Positions 38,619 to 48,887 of a stretch of 64,000 nucleotides of DNA are shown here, one piece after another. Both the position numbers and the translations under genes were made by a program. The stretch is taken from positions 32,001-96,000 of IMG/VR virus record IMGVR_UViG_3300021963_004854. One strand, written 5' to 3'. The first letter of the stretch is position 1; the number at the start of each line of letters is the position of its first letter. The stretch comes from a virus. Below the pieces are notes generated by a model. The model saw nothing but the letters and a program-made list of their open reading frames with translations, was not told where the DNA came from and did not search any database.

Positions 38619-39917
38619 ATGTTTCTTTCAGAATCACTACAAAAGAAGTGGGAACCAGTTCTAAATCATGAAGGTCTCGGCGCAATTGCTGACCCTTACA
38701 AGCGTTCGGTTACCGCAGTCGTTCTCGAAAACCAAGAAAAAGCACTACGCGAAGAAAAGGCTGCCCTTTTCGAAGACGCACCAGCAAATAACATTGCCGG
38801 TTCGGGTGCAGCAAACATCGACCGTTATGACCCAATCCTCATCTCGCTCGTTCGCCGCGCTCTTCCAAACCTGATGGCTTATGATGTTGCTGGCGTTCAG
38901 CCAATGACAGGTCCAACAGGCTTGATCTTCGCTATGAAGTCGCGCTATAGCACACAAGATGGTGCAGAAGCTCTCTTCAACGAAGCAGATACCGATTTCT
39001 CGGGTGACGCAAACGGCGCATCACACGACGGTTCGAACCCAGTTGATGGTACTTACACAACTGGTGTTGCAATGCCAACATCAACCGCAGAAGCTCTTGG
39101 CACTGACAACGGTGAATCGTTCGGCGAAATGGCATTCTCAATCGAGAAGACAACTGTTACTGCTAAGACACGCGCTCTAAAGGCAGAATACACAGTTGAA
39201 CTTGCACAGGATCTCAAGGCTATTCACGGTCTTGATGCTGAATCAGAACTCAGCAACATCCTTTCGCAAGAAATTCTTGCTGAAATCAACCGCGAAGTTA
39301 TTCGCACAATCTACAAGGTAGCTAAGACAGGTTCGGCTTCGACCGCAACTGCTGGTACTTTCGACCTTGACGTTGACTCAAACGGTCGTTGGAGCGTAGA
39401 ACGCTTCAAGGGTCTTCTGTTCAACATTGAACGTGACGCTAACGTAATCGCTCAAGATACCCGCCGTGGTAAGGGTAACTTCATCATCTGTTCGTCGGAC
39501 GTTGCCGCTGCTCTTGCAATGGCAGGTGTTCTTGACACAGGCCGCGCTCTACAGGGTTCGCCTGACCTGAACGTTGATGACACTGGCAACACATTTGCTG
39601 GTACTCTAAACGGTCGTTATAAGGTTTATGTTGATCCTTACTCAGCCAACACCGGCGCTGCTAGCCAGTTCTACGTTGTTGGTTATAAGGGTGCCAACGC
39701 TTATGACGCTGGTCTCTTCTACTGCCCATACGTTCCACTACAAATGGTTCGTGCTATCGATCCTAACAGCTTCCAGCCAAAGATTGGCTTCAAGACACGT
39801 TACGGCATGATTGCTAACCCATTCGTAACACAGTCGAACGGCACAACTGACGGTGATACATTCACTGCCAACCGCAACCAATACTATCGTCGCGTTAAGG
39901 TTACTAACCTTATGTAA
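38619..39917 (+). CDS. gp23: Major capsid protein gp23
   Basis: KKWEPVL, LENQE, GVQPMTGPTGLIFAM, RALKAEYT.ELAQDLKAIHGLDAE, FQPKIGFKTRYG. Confidence 0.98.
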   Translation: MFLSESLQKKWEPVLNHEGLGAIADPYKRSVTAVVLENQEKALREEKAALFEDAPANNIAGSGAANIDRYDPILISLVRRALPNLMAYDVAGVQPMTGPTGLIFAMKSRYSTQDGAEALFNEADTDFSGDANGASHDGSNPVDGTYTTGVAMPTSTAEALGTDNGESFGEMAFSIEKTTVTAKTRALKAEYTVELAQDLKAIHGLDAESELSNILSQEILAEINREVIRTIYKVAKTGSASTATAGTFDLDVDSNGRWSVERFKGLLFNIERDANVIAQDTRRGKGNFIICSSDVAAALAMAGVLDTGRALQGSPDLNVDDTGNTFAGTLNGRYKVYVDPYSANTGAASQFYVVGYKGANAYDAGLFYCPYVPLQMVRAIDPNSFQPKIGFKTRYGMIANPFVTQSNGTTDGDTFTANRNQYYRRVKVTNLM

Positions 39918-39955
39918 TCGATACCTTCCCATTAGAGGAAGGGTTGCAAGAAACT

Positions 39956-39984
39956 GGGGGGAGCAGAAATGCTCTCCCCTTTTT
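39956..39984 (+). terminator. Rho-independent terminator after gp23
   Basis: GGGGGGAGCA-GAAA-TGCTCTCCCC-TTTTT; a second hairpin CCTTCC/GGAAGG lies just upstream at 39924-39942. Confidence 0.9.
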
Positions 39985-39987
39985 CGT

Positions 39988-39995
39988 TATAAATA
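39988..39995 (+). promoter_or_regulatory. Late promoter TATAAATA for gp3
   Basis: Exact consensus directly after the terminator. Confidence 0.85.
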
Positions 39996-40013
39996 TTGCA
40001 TAAGGAGACACTC

Positions 40014-40598
40014 ATGGTATTAAAAACAGAATTAGGAGTGACAGAAGCTAACTGGGTAAATCAACAACCCAGCGATCTTGATTATCTAAAGCCTAATGGT
40101 TTCAAGTTTCAAATTCACAATCTACCCAATGTGTCATACTTTTGTCAGGCAGCAAACATACCTGCAATTCAAATTGGCTCACCTTCATTGGAAACGCCAC
40201 TGTCAAGAATACCTGTTCCTGGCGATAAACTAGGATACGGTGATTTGGTAATAAGATTTCTCGTTCAAGAAAATATGAGAAACTATATCGAACTCTATAA
40301 CTGGCTAATTGGATTAGGGTTTCCAAACAATCATGATGAATATAGAAGATGGAATGATTCTCAGAGATATAGATTCCCCGCGGTACCAGAAAAAAGATTG
40401 GGCGACTTAGGAAATTTCTCAGATGCAGATTTCTTCATTCTAGATTCCGACAATAATCCTAATGTCAAGATTACATATTATGACGTATTTCCTATAAGTC
40501 TAGAAGGTCTTGACTTTGATATTAGCACAGGTCGTGCCGATTTCTTACAGGGTATTGCAGCATTTAAATATAGACATTACGACATTACGGTTCTATAA
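40014..40598 (+). CDS. gp3: Tail tube terminator/completion protein gp3
   Basis: YL.PNGFKF....PNVSYFCQ.ANIP, PGDKL.Y.DL...FLV.ENM.NY.E..NW; AAGGAG SD before 40014. Confidence 0.9.
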   Translation: MVLKTELGVTEANWVNQQPSDLDYLKPNGFKFQIHNLPNVSYFCQAANIPAIQIGSPSLETPLSRIPVPGDKLGYGDLVIRFLVQENMRNYIELYNWLIGLGFPNNHDEYRRWNDSQRYRFPAVPEKRLGDLGNFSDADFFILDSDNNPNVKITYYDVFPISLEGLDFDISTGRADFLQGIAAFKYRHYDITVL

Positions 40599-40621
40599 TA
40601 TTATTTTTAATTGAGGTTATT

Positions 40622-41062
40622 ATGAAATTATCAGAAGTCCAAGAAATGTGGACAAGTGACTCTAAGATTGATGAATTAAATCTGGGTCGAGAGTCCACAA
40701 AAACACCAGAACTTCACGCTAAGTATCTAAACATTTTATCCAATACTAAACTGCAATTGCGAAAAGCAGAAGCAGATTATTATCGTATGCGCAGAGATAA
40801 AGCAAAATACTTGCGCGGTGAGATGAGCCATGATGAGTTACAAGAACGTGGCTGGGACCAGTATCAAGGTCTAAAGCCATTGAAGCATGATATGGAAGAT
40901 CGTATCAATTGCGATGAAGATATCATTCGGTCAATGGACAAGGTAGAATATGTCAAAGCCATGCTCTATCAATTAGAGCAAATTATACGCTCACTAAATA
41001 GTAGAACATGGGACATTAAGAATGCCATTGAGTGGACTAAATTTACAAACGGGTTGATGTGA
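40622..41062 (+). CDS. uvsY: Recombination mediator UvsY
   Basis: W..DSKID...L..ES.KTP.LHAKYL, R.WDIKNAIEW.KF..G. Confidence 0.93.
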   Translation: MKLSEVQEMWTSDSKIDELNLGRESTKTPELHAKYLNILSNTKLQLRKAEADYYRMRRDKAKYLRGEMSHDELQERGWDQYQGLKPLKHDMEDRINCDEDIIRSMDKVEYVKAMLYQLEQIIRSLNSRTWDIKNAIEWTKFTNGLM

Positions 41063-42540
41063 GTGATCTAAAAGTTTCCAAGAAAAATGAAGTGCATCTG
41101 ACGGTCGATTGTGACCCAGGAATTGCACAAGAACTAAATGATTACTTCACCTTTGAAGTCCCGGGCGCACGTTTCATGCCAACGTATCGCGCTAAACTTT
41201 GGGACGGCAAAGCAAGACTGTTCAATATCTGGACAAAAGAACTCTACGTTGGCCTTTTACCTTATCTCAGAGAGTTTGCAGAAAGACTTGACTATTCAGT
41301 AGACGTTGATATAGAAAGAATTGGTGACCCAGTAACTATAGAGGATGTGCAGAAGTTCGCGGAATCGTTGAACTTGCATAGTCAAGATAAACCAATTGAG
41401 ACTAGAGACTACCAGCTAGAGGCAGTCAAGTATGCTATTCGCATCGGCCGCACGTTGCTACTATCGCCCACCGCATCTGGTAAGTCTCTCATCATCTATC
41501 TGCTAATGCGTTACCATCAACAGTTTGGTCGCAAACAACTTATCATTGTTCCTACCACTTCACTTGTTGAACAGATGTATAAGGACTTTCAAGACTACGC
41601 ATCACACACGGAATGGTATGCATCTCAGAATTGTGCCAGAATTTATGCTGGGCATGAGAAAACAAATGAAGCGCAGATTGTAATTTCCACTTGGCAGTCT
41701 ATCTACAAACTACCGAAAAAATTCTTTGATGAGTTTGATGTTATCTATGGTGACGAAGCGCACTTGTTCAAAGCAAAGTCGCTAACGTCTATCTTTGATA
41801 AATGTGTCAATACAAAGTTTCGCATCGGCACCACTGGGACGCTAGACGGAACGAAGACACACAAACTTATTCTTGAGGGTCTTTTTGGTAAAGTCAAGAA
41901 AGTAATTTCCACAAAGGAACTTATGGACCAAGGGTCCGTGGCCGATCTAGATATTCATTGTATCGTGCTAGACTATACCGATGAAGAAAAGAAAGTCATG
42001 AAGGATTACAATTACCAGCAAGAAATGGACTGGTTAGTTGCACACCCTAAACGAAACAATGTGATTAAAAATCTGGCTACGACTCAGAAGGGTAATACCC
42101 TAGTGTTGTTTCAATTCGTAGAAAAGCACGGCCAAGTTTTGTATGACTTAATCAATAATAAGGTTGGAGATACTCGCCAAGTTTTCTTTGTCCACGGTGG
42201 AACTGATACGCAACAGCGAGAAGCCATTAGAGATATTACGGAAAAAGAAAAAGACGCCATCATTATAGCGTCCTACGGCACGTTTTCAACGGGCATAAAT
42301 ATAAGAAATCTGCACAACGTCATCTTTGCATCACCTTCCAAATCGCGCATCCGAAATTTACAGTCGATTGGTAGAGGTCTTAGAAAAGGTACCGACAAAA
42401 CAGCATGTAAACTGTTTGATATCGGTGATGACCTAACATGGAAAAGTAGAAAAAATTATACACTATCTCATATGATAGAACGAATTAAAATTTACAATGA
42501 AGAAAGTTTTAATTATAAACTAGTAAGGATTCAGTTATGA
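41059..42540 (+). CDS. uvsW: UvsW DNA helicase
   Basis: RDYQ, SPTASGKS, GDEAH, GTTGT, SYGTFSTGINI, QSIGRGLR. Confidence 0.97.
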   Translation: MSDLKVSKKNEVHLTVDCDPGIAQELNDYFTFEVPGARFMPTYRAKLWDGKARLFNIWTKELYVGLLPYLREFAERLDYSVDVDIERIGDPVTIEDVQKFAESLNLHSQDKPIETRDYQLEAVKYAIRIGRTLLLSPTASGKSLIIYLLMRYHQQFGRKQLIIVPTTSLVEQMYKDFQDYASHTEWYASQNCARIYAGHEKTNEAQIVISTWQSIYKLPKKFFDEFDVIYGDEAHLFKAKSLTSIFDKCVNTKFRIGTTGTLDGTKTHKLILEGLFGKVKKVISTKELMDQGSVADLDIHCIVLDYTDEEKKVMKDYNYQQEMDWLVAHPKRNNVIKNLATTQKGNTLVLFQFVEKHGQVLYDLINNKVGDTRQVFFVHGGTDTQQREAIRDITEKEKDAIIIASYGTFSTGINIRNLHNVIFASPSKSRIRNLQSIGRGLRKGTDKTACKLFDIGDDLTWKSRKNYTLSHMIERIKIYNEESFNYKLVRIQL

Positions 42541-42902
42541 AGAACGTGACCGTTCTAAGACTAAAGAATGGAGATACCCTTATTGCCGGAGTTAGAACTA
42601 CAGAAGAAGGAGAAATGCTCTGGCTAGACGACCCAATCGCAGTTATTCCTGTACCTGTTGTTCAGGGCGGAGTAAACGGTGAAACTTTTCTTTTGAAACC
42701 TTGGATAGGCATCGCCGAAGATAAAAGTTTTCTTTTGAGTGTAAGAGAGGTTCTCACCACCGGAACACTGAAGGACCACCTTCTTGAGCAATATAAAATG
42801 TATGTGGGTCACGACCCAATTGCTGCCGAGCCAGAAGAAGAATACGACGAACTCGAAATGCTTCAAGCAAGAATACTAAGAAGCAGAAACTTACTTAATT
42901 AG
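42537..42902 (+). CDS. Conserved T4-like hypothetical protein (Sm-like fold suspected)
   Basis: LRLKNGDTLIA...DPI.V...LKPW; similar to the 58847 ORF. Confidence 0.6.
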   Translation: MKNVTVLRLKNGDTLIAGVRTTEEGEMLWLDDPIAVIPVPVVQGGVNGETFLLKPWIGIAEDKSFLLSVREVLTTGTLKDHLLEQYKMYVGHDPIAAEPEEEYDELEMLQARILRSRNLLN

Positions 42903-42976
42903 ATTCATTCTTTAGGAGCTACACTCCTTTATACCACAAGAATCGCTACCTGTAAATACTTTTTTAAATAAAAACA

Positions 42977-43005
42977 TTGCAATAACCAAATTTTTATTGT
43001 ATAAC
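42977..43005 (+). promoter_or_regulatory. Putative sigma70-like promoter for gp55
   Basis: TTGCAA-17-TATAAC. Confidence 0.45.
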
Positions 43006-43030
43006 AAACTATGTAATATGTGGAGGGCAA

Positions 43031-43603
43031 ATGGCCAAGAATCGTAAAAATAATGTTCACTATGTGGACAACGCTTTATTTCTAGAAAGAATTACCGAGT
43101 ATAGAGAAAGTGTTCTGGCTGCAAAAGCTGAGGGTAAAGAGAAGCCTCGCGTCCCTAATTATCTGGGCGAATGCTTTCTCAAAATTGCCAATCACTTGGC
43201 ATATAAATCTAACTTCATCAACTATACATATCGTGAGGAGATGATCCTTGATGGAATTGAGAACTGCATTACTTACATCGATAACTTCGATCCTGCTAAG
43301 TCTAGGAATCCCTTTGCTTACTTCACACAGATTACCTATTATGCCTTCTTACGCCGTATTGCGAAAGAGAAGAAACAGCAAGCGGCCAAATATAGATACA
43401 TTCGAAATCTAGATGTTCATGATTTAATCACGCAAGACCACGATGGCGGCGATTATGGTAATGAGTTTATTGACTATCTTAAAAAGACTATTGACTTGGT
43501 AGAAGACTTTGATAAGCCTGCCGAAGTCAGTAATATTCCTAAGCGCCGACCAAAATATCTGGACAAACAAAAAACTGTTGACTCGGGACTAGATTTAGAG
43601 TAA
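43031..43603 (+). CDS. gp55: Late-transcription sigma factor gp55
   Basis: HYVDN..F, YLGECFLKIA.HL, NF.NYTYREEMI.DGIENC, NPFAYFTQI.YYAFLRRI.KEKKQ. Confidence 0.97.
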   Translation: MAKNRKNNVHYVDNALFLERITEYRESVLAAKAEGKEKPRVPNYLGECFLKIANHLAYKSNFINYTYREEMILDGIENCITYIDNFDPAKSRNPFAYFTQITYYAFLRRIAKEKKQQAAKYRYIRNLDVHDLITQDHDGGDYGNEFIDYLKKTIDLVEDFDKPAEVSNIPKRRPKYLDKQKTVDSGLDLE

Positions 43604-43606
43604 GAT
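43578..43606 (+). promoter_or_regulatory. Sigma70-like promoter in the gp55 3' end
   Basis: TTGACT-17-TAAGAT; a GACTC (GANTC) site overlaps the -35. Confidence 0.6.
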
Positions 43607-43636
43607 GTAAACATAACTCTAATTGAAAGGCTTATT

Positions 43637-43993
43637 ATGACTACTGAAAATACCCCACGCATTTTGACTGTCCCTGTGGCCAAGAGATTTCTTTCCGATA
43701 ATTGGTTCGCGCTCATCATGCTCGGTGTTGCGGGCACGGGCTTGGTTTCTGTGCTTTCTAATGTGGCAGAACATCGCGAACAAGTGCAGACAATTTCGGT
43801 ACAGAACGCGGGCTGCATCTATCTTGAATCTTCGAAGCTAGGTGAAGGCCAGCACTATATGATTTGTAATGGTCAGATTACACTAAAGCGAGTTGCTGAT
43901 GGTGAACAGACCGACCCCGAACAGGCTCTAGAAGAAGCCATTCCCGCAGAAGCGGCTGCCGAAGCCAACAAGGCTGCACCGCCTACGAAGTAA
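43637..43993 (+). CDS. Single-TM membrane protein
   Basis: Hydrophobic WFALIMLGVAGTGLVSVL segment; two Cys; GAAAGG SD. Confidence 0.65.
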   Translation: MTTENTPRILTVPVAKRFLSDNWFALIMLGVAGTGLVSVLSNVAEHREQVQTISVQNAGCIYLESSKLGEGQHYMICNGQITLKRVADGEQTDPEQALEEAIPAEAAAEANKAAPPTK

Positions 43994-44001
43994 GGTGAAA
44001 T

Positions 44002-44178
44002 ATGAGTAAGGAACTATTGGTCCCTGCTATCGTCCAGCAGATGGTCGATGCTATGGCTGACAAGACAACGCCGACTAATATTCGGCATAATTATATGGTT
44101 AGTGTAGAGAACATTCGTGACTTTTGCGATTTGGCTCTAACAAAATATGCTAAAGATAATGGAATGAAAAAGAAGTGA
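44002..44178 (+). CDS. Small hypothetical protein (58 aa, not in the ORF track)
   Basis: TAAGGTG SD; MSKELLVPAIVQQ...IRHNY..SVENIRDFC; GTGA overlap with the next gene. Confidence 0.7.
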   Translation: MSKELLVPAIVQQMVDAMADKTTPTNIRHNYMVSVENIRDFCDLALTKYAKDNGMKKK

Positions 44179-44714
44179 AAGTAACTGATCTTAATACCGT
44201 TCATGTAATGATTGACTTGGAAACTCTTTCGACAAGAGCCAATGCAACCATTCTATCTATTGGTGCTACTAAGTTCACTCTTGCTGAAGGTATTATCGAT
44301 AAGTTCTATTGCAACATTGATGCTAAATCTTGTAAGGCTGCGGGTCTTCATGTTGACAAGTCTACCATTGAATGGTGGATGCAGCAAAGCGCCGCGGCAA
44401 GAGACGCACTTCTTATCGACCAACTACCTCTTGCGGATGCACTACAAAGTTTTACTGACTGGATTGGTAAAGATAAGGTAATGCCGTGGGGTAATGGCGC
44501 ATCATTTGATATCACTATTTTGGAATCAGCTTATTACGCGGTCGGCCTTGTTTATCCTTGGCGCTACAGTAACATCATGTGTTATCGTACCGTTATGAAT
44601 CTCATGGGTCTAAGCAATGCTAAGATTCGTGCCAATGAAAATGATACACATCACCATGCCCTTGATGATGCTATCAGCCAGACCAATACTCTACTTGGAA
44701 TTTTGAAGTCATGA
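44175..44714 (+). CDS. DEDDh 3'-5' exonuclease (DexA/Rv2179c-like)
   Basis: HVMIDLETL, ILSIGA, T.EWW.QQ, WGNGASFD, HHALDDA. Confidence 0.88.
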   Translation: MKVTDLNTVHVMIDLETLSTRANATILSIGATKFTLAEGIIDKFYCNIDAKSCKAAGLHVDKSTIEWWMQQSAAARDALLIDQLPLADALQSFTDWIGKDKVMPWGNGASFDITILESAYYAVGLVYPWRYSNIMCYRTVMNLMGLSNAKIRANENDTHHHALDDAISQTNTLLGILKS

Positions 44715-45766
44715 AGATTGCGTTGATTACTGACACTCACTTTGGTGCTAGGTCAGATTCCATTCCGTTTGATAACTTCTTTGCGAAGTTTTACACCGAA
44801 ACATTCTTCCCTCATCTAGAGCGAGAAGGTATCAAGACAATCATTCATCTTGGTGATGTTTTTGATAGGCGCAAGTTTATAAATTATAATACGTTGAAGA
44901 AGTGCCGTGAGTATTTCTTTGACAAGACCAGGGACCATGGAATTGACGTTCATATGATTGCTGGCAATCACGATACTTTCTTCAAGAATACTAATGATGT
45001 GAACTCTCTGGACCTTCTTCTCAGAGAATATGAAAACGTTCTTACATATTCGGAAGCGGAAGAAATTATCGTTGATGGTAAAAATTTGTTGCTTGTTCCT
45101 TGGATTTGTTCGGGCAACTATGAACAAACTATGGAGATTGTAAATGCCTCAAGCGCACAAGCCGTATTCGGACACTTCGAATTCGCTGGTTTCGAGATGT
45201 ATCGCGGCCACAAAAATGACCATGGGATGGATACGAAATCTTTCGATAAGTTCCCTCTTGTTTGTAGTGGGCATTTTCACCATCGTAGTCGTTCTGGCAA
45301 TATTGTCTATCTTGGTAACACTTATGAGTTTACTTGGAATGATTATAATGATCCAAGAGGCTATCACATCTACGATACGGAAACTAACGAGGTCGAATTT
45401 TATGAAAACCCGTTTAGGATATTTCATAAAATATACTATGACGATACTAATAGTGACCCTGCTAATATCGATCTTCTACCAATGGCTGGTTCTTGCGTCC
45501 GCTTGGTGGTCGTAAAGAAAACAGACTTCTATAAGTTCGATAGATTTGTCGATAAGTTGTATGACCTAAATCTCATCGAACTAAAAATCATCGAAGACTT
45601 TTCCGAGTTTGAAGCAGAAGCAATGGACGATGAAGAAATGAGTGTAGAAGATACTATGACTGTTCTTTCTGACTTCGTTGATACTATTCAAACCGACTTA
45701 GAAAAAAATCGAATTAAAAATATTCTCCAAGAACTTTATGTCGAGGCACAGAACGTTACTGTATGA
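44711..45766 (+). CDS. gp47: Recombination endonuclease gp47 (Mre11-like)
   Basis: ITDTHFG, HLGDVFDRRK, GNHD, GHFE, SGHFH. Confidence 0.96.
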   Translation: MKIALITDTHFGARSDSIPFDNFFAKFYTETFFPHLEREGIKTIIHLGDVFDRRKFINYNTLKKCREYFFDKTRDHGIDVHMIAGNHDTFFKNTNDVNSLDLLLREYENVLTYSEAEEIIVDGKNLLLVPWICSGNYEQTMEIVNASSAQAVFGHFEFAGFEMYRGHKNDHGMDTKSFDKFPLVCSGHFHHRSRSGNIVYLGNTYEFTWNDYNDPRGYHIYDTETNEVEFYENPFRIFHKIYYDDTNSDPANIDLLPMAGSCVRLVVVKKTDFYKFDRFVDKLYDLNLIELKIIEDFSEFEAEAMDDEEMSVEDTMTVLSDFVDTIQTDLEKNRIKNILQELYVEAQNVTV

Positions 45767-47478
45767 TTATTTTCAACGCAATTCGTTGGAAGAACTTTCT
45801 TTCAACTGGCAACCAGTTCACCGAAATCAAGCTAGACCGCTCACCTAACACTCTGATTGTTGGTGAGAATGGTGGTGGTAAGTCAACGATGCTTGACGCA
45901 TTGTGCTTTAGCCTTTTCGGTAAGCCATTTCGTAACATCAACAAGCCTCAGTTGGTAAACTCAATCAATAAGAAGCAACTTCTGGTTGAGGTGGAATTTC
46001 AATCTGGACGCAAGTCGTATAAGATTGTTCGTGGCATAAAGCCAAATCTTTTTGAAATCTATGTAGACGGTGACCTGATTAACCAAGACGCAGCCGCTCG
46101 TGACTATCAGAAGTATCTTGAGGAATCCATTCTCAAGTTGAACTACAAGTCATTTACACAAATTGTTATTCTTGGGTCTGCCTCGTTCACGCCATTTATG
46201 CAGTTGCCGTCTGGTACCCGCCGTGAAATTATCGAAGACCTACTTGACATTCAAATCTTTACCACAATGAACGTGGTCCTAAAAGACAAGATGAATGAAT
46301 TGAAGGACAGATTACAAGACGCCGACGGTAAGTTGGAAGTTCTAAAGCAGAAGGCTTCGATTCAGAAGGAGTATGTTGATACTCTGGAAGCAAATAAGGA
46401 AAAGAGGGTCGATGAAATTATCTTTCGAATTGACGAAGGTGAATTATCCATCGCAAGTTTCCAAAATCTTGTTACTACACTCGAAGGTAAAAAGATTACG
46501 CAAGAAGAAGCCCGCGCTACCCTTGGCGACCTTGCAGCCAAACAAAAGAAACTCGATCAATTCAAGACAAAGTTTTCCACCCAACTCCGCGACCTCCAGA
46601 AGGAAGTGGCATTCTACAATGAGACAGACGAATGTCCGACATGCCAGCAGGGTATTGCTCACGACCATAAAGAAACCATCGTATCATCTCGGCAGGAGAA
46701 AATCGAAGAACTTTCTTCTGGTATGGCGAAACTCCAGGAAGAGTTTACAAAACTAGAAGAACTTATCGCTCAGGATAATGCTCTGGTTGAAAAGATACAA
46801 GAATTGAACAAGGAAATTCTCGCTAATAACAATGAGATTATTATCGTGCAACGTCTTGTTCAAGCACTTAATCTGGAATTAAATGATATTCAAACTAAGA
46901 CTGCCGACATTGATGTTGAAAAGACCAAGTTAAAATCTTATGCTAAGGAAGTTCTTACACAGAACGAAGAAAAGGCCAAGTTGAATGAAGAAAAGCATTA
47001 CATGGATGCTGTCTCCACTCTCCTCAAGGACACTGGTATTAAGACTAAGATTATTCGGCAGTATCTTCCAGTTATCAATAAACTGGTGAATAAATACCTA
47101 CAGTCCATGGACTTCTTTGTGCAGTTTAATCTGGACGAAAAGTTTGACGAGACTATCAAGTCTCGTCATCGCGATGATTTCAGTTATGCATCATTCTCGG
47201 AAGGCGAAAAGCAGCGCATCGACCTGGCTCTTCTGTTTACCTGGCGCACAATCGCTAAGATGAAGAACAGCGTGGCTACCAATCTTCTAATCTTGGATGA
47301 GGTATTTGATAGTTCGCTTGACAACAACGGTACCGATTATGTTATGTCTCTACTTGATACTCTAGGTGAAGAAACTAACGTATTTGTTATCAGCCACAAG
47401 GGCGACCAATTGTTTGATAAGTTCCGCAGTCTGATTAAGTTCGAAAAGAAAAACAACTACAGCGAACTGGTTGTATGA
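45763..47478 (+). CDS. gp46: Recombination ATPase gp46 (Rad50-like)
   Basis: WKNFLSTGN, GENGGGKST, CPTC zinc hook, FSEGEK, LILDEVFD, VISHK. Confidence 0.97.
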   Translation: MIIFNAIRWKNFLSTGNQFTEIKLDRSPNTLIVGENGGGKSTMLDALCFSLFGKPFRNINKPQLVNSINKKQLLVEVEFQSGRKSYKIVRGIKPNLFEIYVDGDLINQDAAARDYQKYLEESILKLNYKSFTQIVILGSASFTPFMQLPSGTRREIIEDLLDIQIFTTMNVVLKDKMNELKDRLQDADGKLEVLKQKASIQKEYVDTLEANKEKRVDEIIFRIDEGELSIASFQNLVTTLEGKKITQEEARATLGDLAAKQKKLDQFKTKFSTQLRDLQKEVAFYNETDECPTCQQGIAHDHKETIVSSRQEKIEELSSGMAKLQEEFTKLEELIAQDNALVEKIQELNKEILANNNEIIIVQRLVQALNLELNDIQTKTADIDVEKTKLKSYAKEVLTQNEEKAKLNEEKHYMDAVSTLLKDTGIKTKIIRQYLPVINKLVNKYLQSMDFFVQFNLDEKFDETIKSRHRDDFSYASFSEGEKQRIDLALLFTWRTIAKMKNSVATNLLILDEVFDSSLDNNGTDYVMSLLDTLGEETNVFVISHKGDQLFDKFRSLIKFEKKNNYSELVV

Positions 47479-48014
47479 TTTTTAATCAAACCAAAAAGAT
47501 TTTATTTTTTCATATTCCTAAAACTTCCGGCTCTTCAATACGAAAACTATTCACCGATGGTAAAGATTTAAGAATTGATTATAATATAAAAGACGGTCAT
47601 CCTTATCATGTAAAACAAAAACACGTTAGAAATTACCTTTCGCAGTTTGACATGACGGGATATAATGAGTTTACTATTGTCAGAGAACCTCTAGACCGAC
47701 TTATAAGCATGTATAATCATGGTAGAATAGAACTATTTGGAGATTTCTATAAGTTTGCTATTCATGTTTCAGTTTGTTATAATAATCCAGATACTAATCA
47801 CTTTTATCATAGTCAATTAGATTGGATTAAAGAACCAATAACAGACAGTATAAATGTTCATAAGTTTGAGGAGACAGTAGAAAATCTTTCCGTTCACGAA
47901 AGTAAAAACGAAAAGAAGTTCACTATCGAACAACTTACTGATAAAGAATATGAATTCTGTATGAATTTTTTGGCAGAAGAATATGAACTACTTGGATATA
48001 GTCGAAAGAAATAA
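47475..48014 (+). CDS. Sulfotransferase family 2-like protein
   Basis: 5'-PSB FFHIPKTSGSSI; 3'-PB TIVREPLDRLISMY. Confidence 0.8.
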   Translation: MIFNQTKKILFFHIPKTSGSSIRKLFTDGKDLRIDYNIKDGHPYHVKQKHVRNYLSQFDMTGYNEFTIVREPLDRLISMYNHGRIELFGDFYKFAIHVSVCYNNPDTNHFYHSQLDWIKEPITDSINVHKFEETVENLSVHESKNEKKFTIEQLTDKEYEFCMNFLAEEYELLGYSRKK

Positions 48015-48016
48015 TT

Positions 48017-48532
48017 ATGGAACTACTAAAATTTACTGACCCACAACTTCGAGTTGAACCCACTCAATTTGATTTTGATAAAGAAGATGCTAAACAATTA
48101 TCTGACAAACTATGGCTTAAATGTAGAGAACTACATGGTCTGGGGCTATCAGCTAATCAGGTAGGAATTGATGCTAAAGTTTTTGTTATGGGGTCAGATG
48201 ATGCTACCCGGAAAAATGTATTCAACCCTAGAATTGTTGCAATGTCAAAAGAAACCACATTGGCTAAAGAGGGCTGTCTAAGTTATCCTGGTCTGTGGTT
48301 AACGGTTAGTAGACCTTCTTCGATTACTATTTCATACCAGAATGTTGATGGTGAATATATAGTAGAAGAACTTAATGGTCTACCCGCCAGGATCTTTCAA
48401 CATGAATATGACCATATGATTGGCGTAAATTTTTCTGATCATGTATCCAAATTGAAATTGGATATGGCACTAAAATCTCTAGAAAAACGAGCAAAAAGGT
48501 ACGTTAGAAAATATGTCCAACACAACGTATGA
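48017..48532 (+). CDS. def: Peptide deformylase
   Basis: GLGLSANQVG, EGCLSYP, QHEYDH all intact. Confidence 0.93.
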   Translation: MELLKFTDPQLRVEPTQFDFDKEDAKQLSDKLWLKCRELHGLGLSANQVGIDAKVFVMGSDDATRKNVFNPRIVAMSKETTLAKEGCLSYPGLWLTVSRPSSITISYQNVDGEYIVEELNGLPARIFQHEYDHMIGVNFSDHVSKLKLDMALKSLEKRAKRYVRKYVQHNV

Positions 48533-48887
48533 TTTCGGATTTACATTCGAAGACCCAACCGAAACTGTAATTCATGTCCAAGAGCCGTATAGTTCTCAAT
48601 CGATAGATACTGACGACCTAAAAGATGAGATTATGGCCAAGCTCTATGACCTTGAAGCCAGACTTCTCACTGTAGACCAGTCAACTCTTATCACAGAGCA
48701 TAAGAGACTTGTGGAAATGGAAGTTGCAGAAAAATTGAAGCAGGTAGAAGATTTAATTTTACCTTTATTATATAACCTGATGAAAAATCCTGAAAAGGAA
48801 TACATCCACTGGCCGAATAGGACACCCATAATTGATAACCAAATTGAAAAGATCACCGCAATCACACGATTCTATGAACGAGTTTGA
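48513..48887 (+). CDS. Conserved T4-like hypothetical protein
   Basis: DFGFTF; ILPLL.NL.KNPEKEYIHWPNR. Confidence 0.75.
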   Translation: MSNTTYDFGFTFEDPTETVIHVQEPYSSQSIDTDDLKDEIMAKLYDLEARLLTVDQSTLITEHKRLVEMEVAEKLKQVEDLILPLLYNLMKNPEKEYIHWPNRTPIIDNQIEKITAITRFYERV

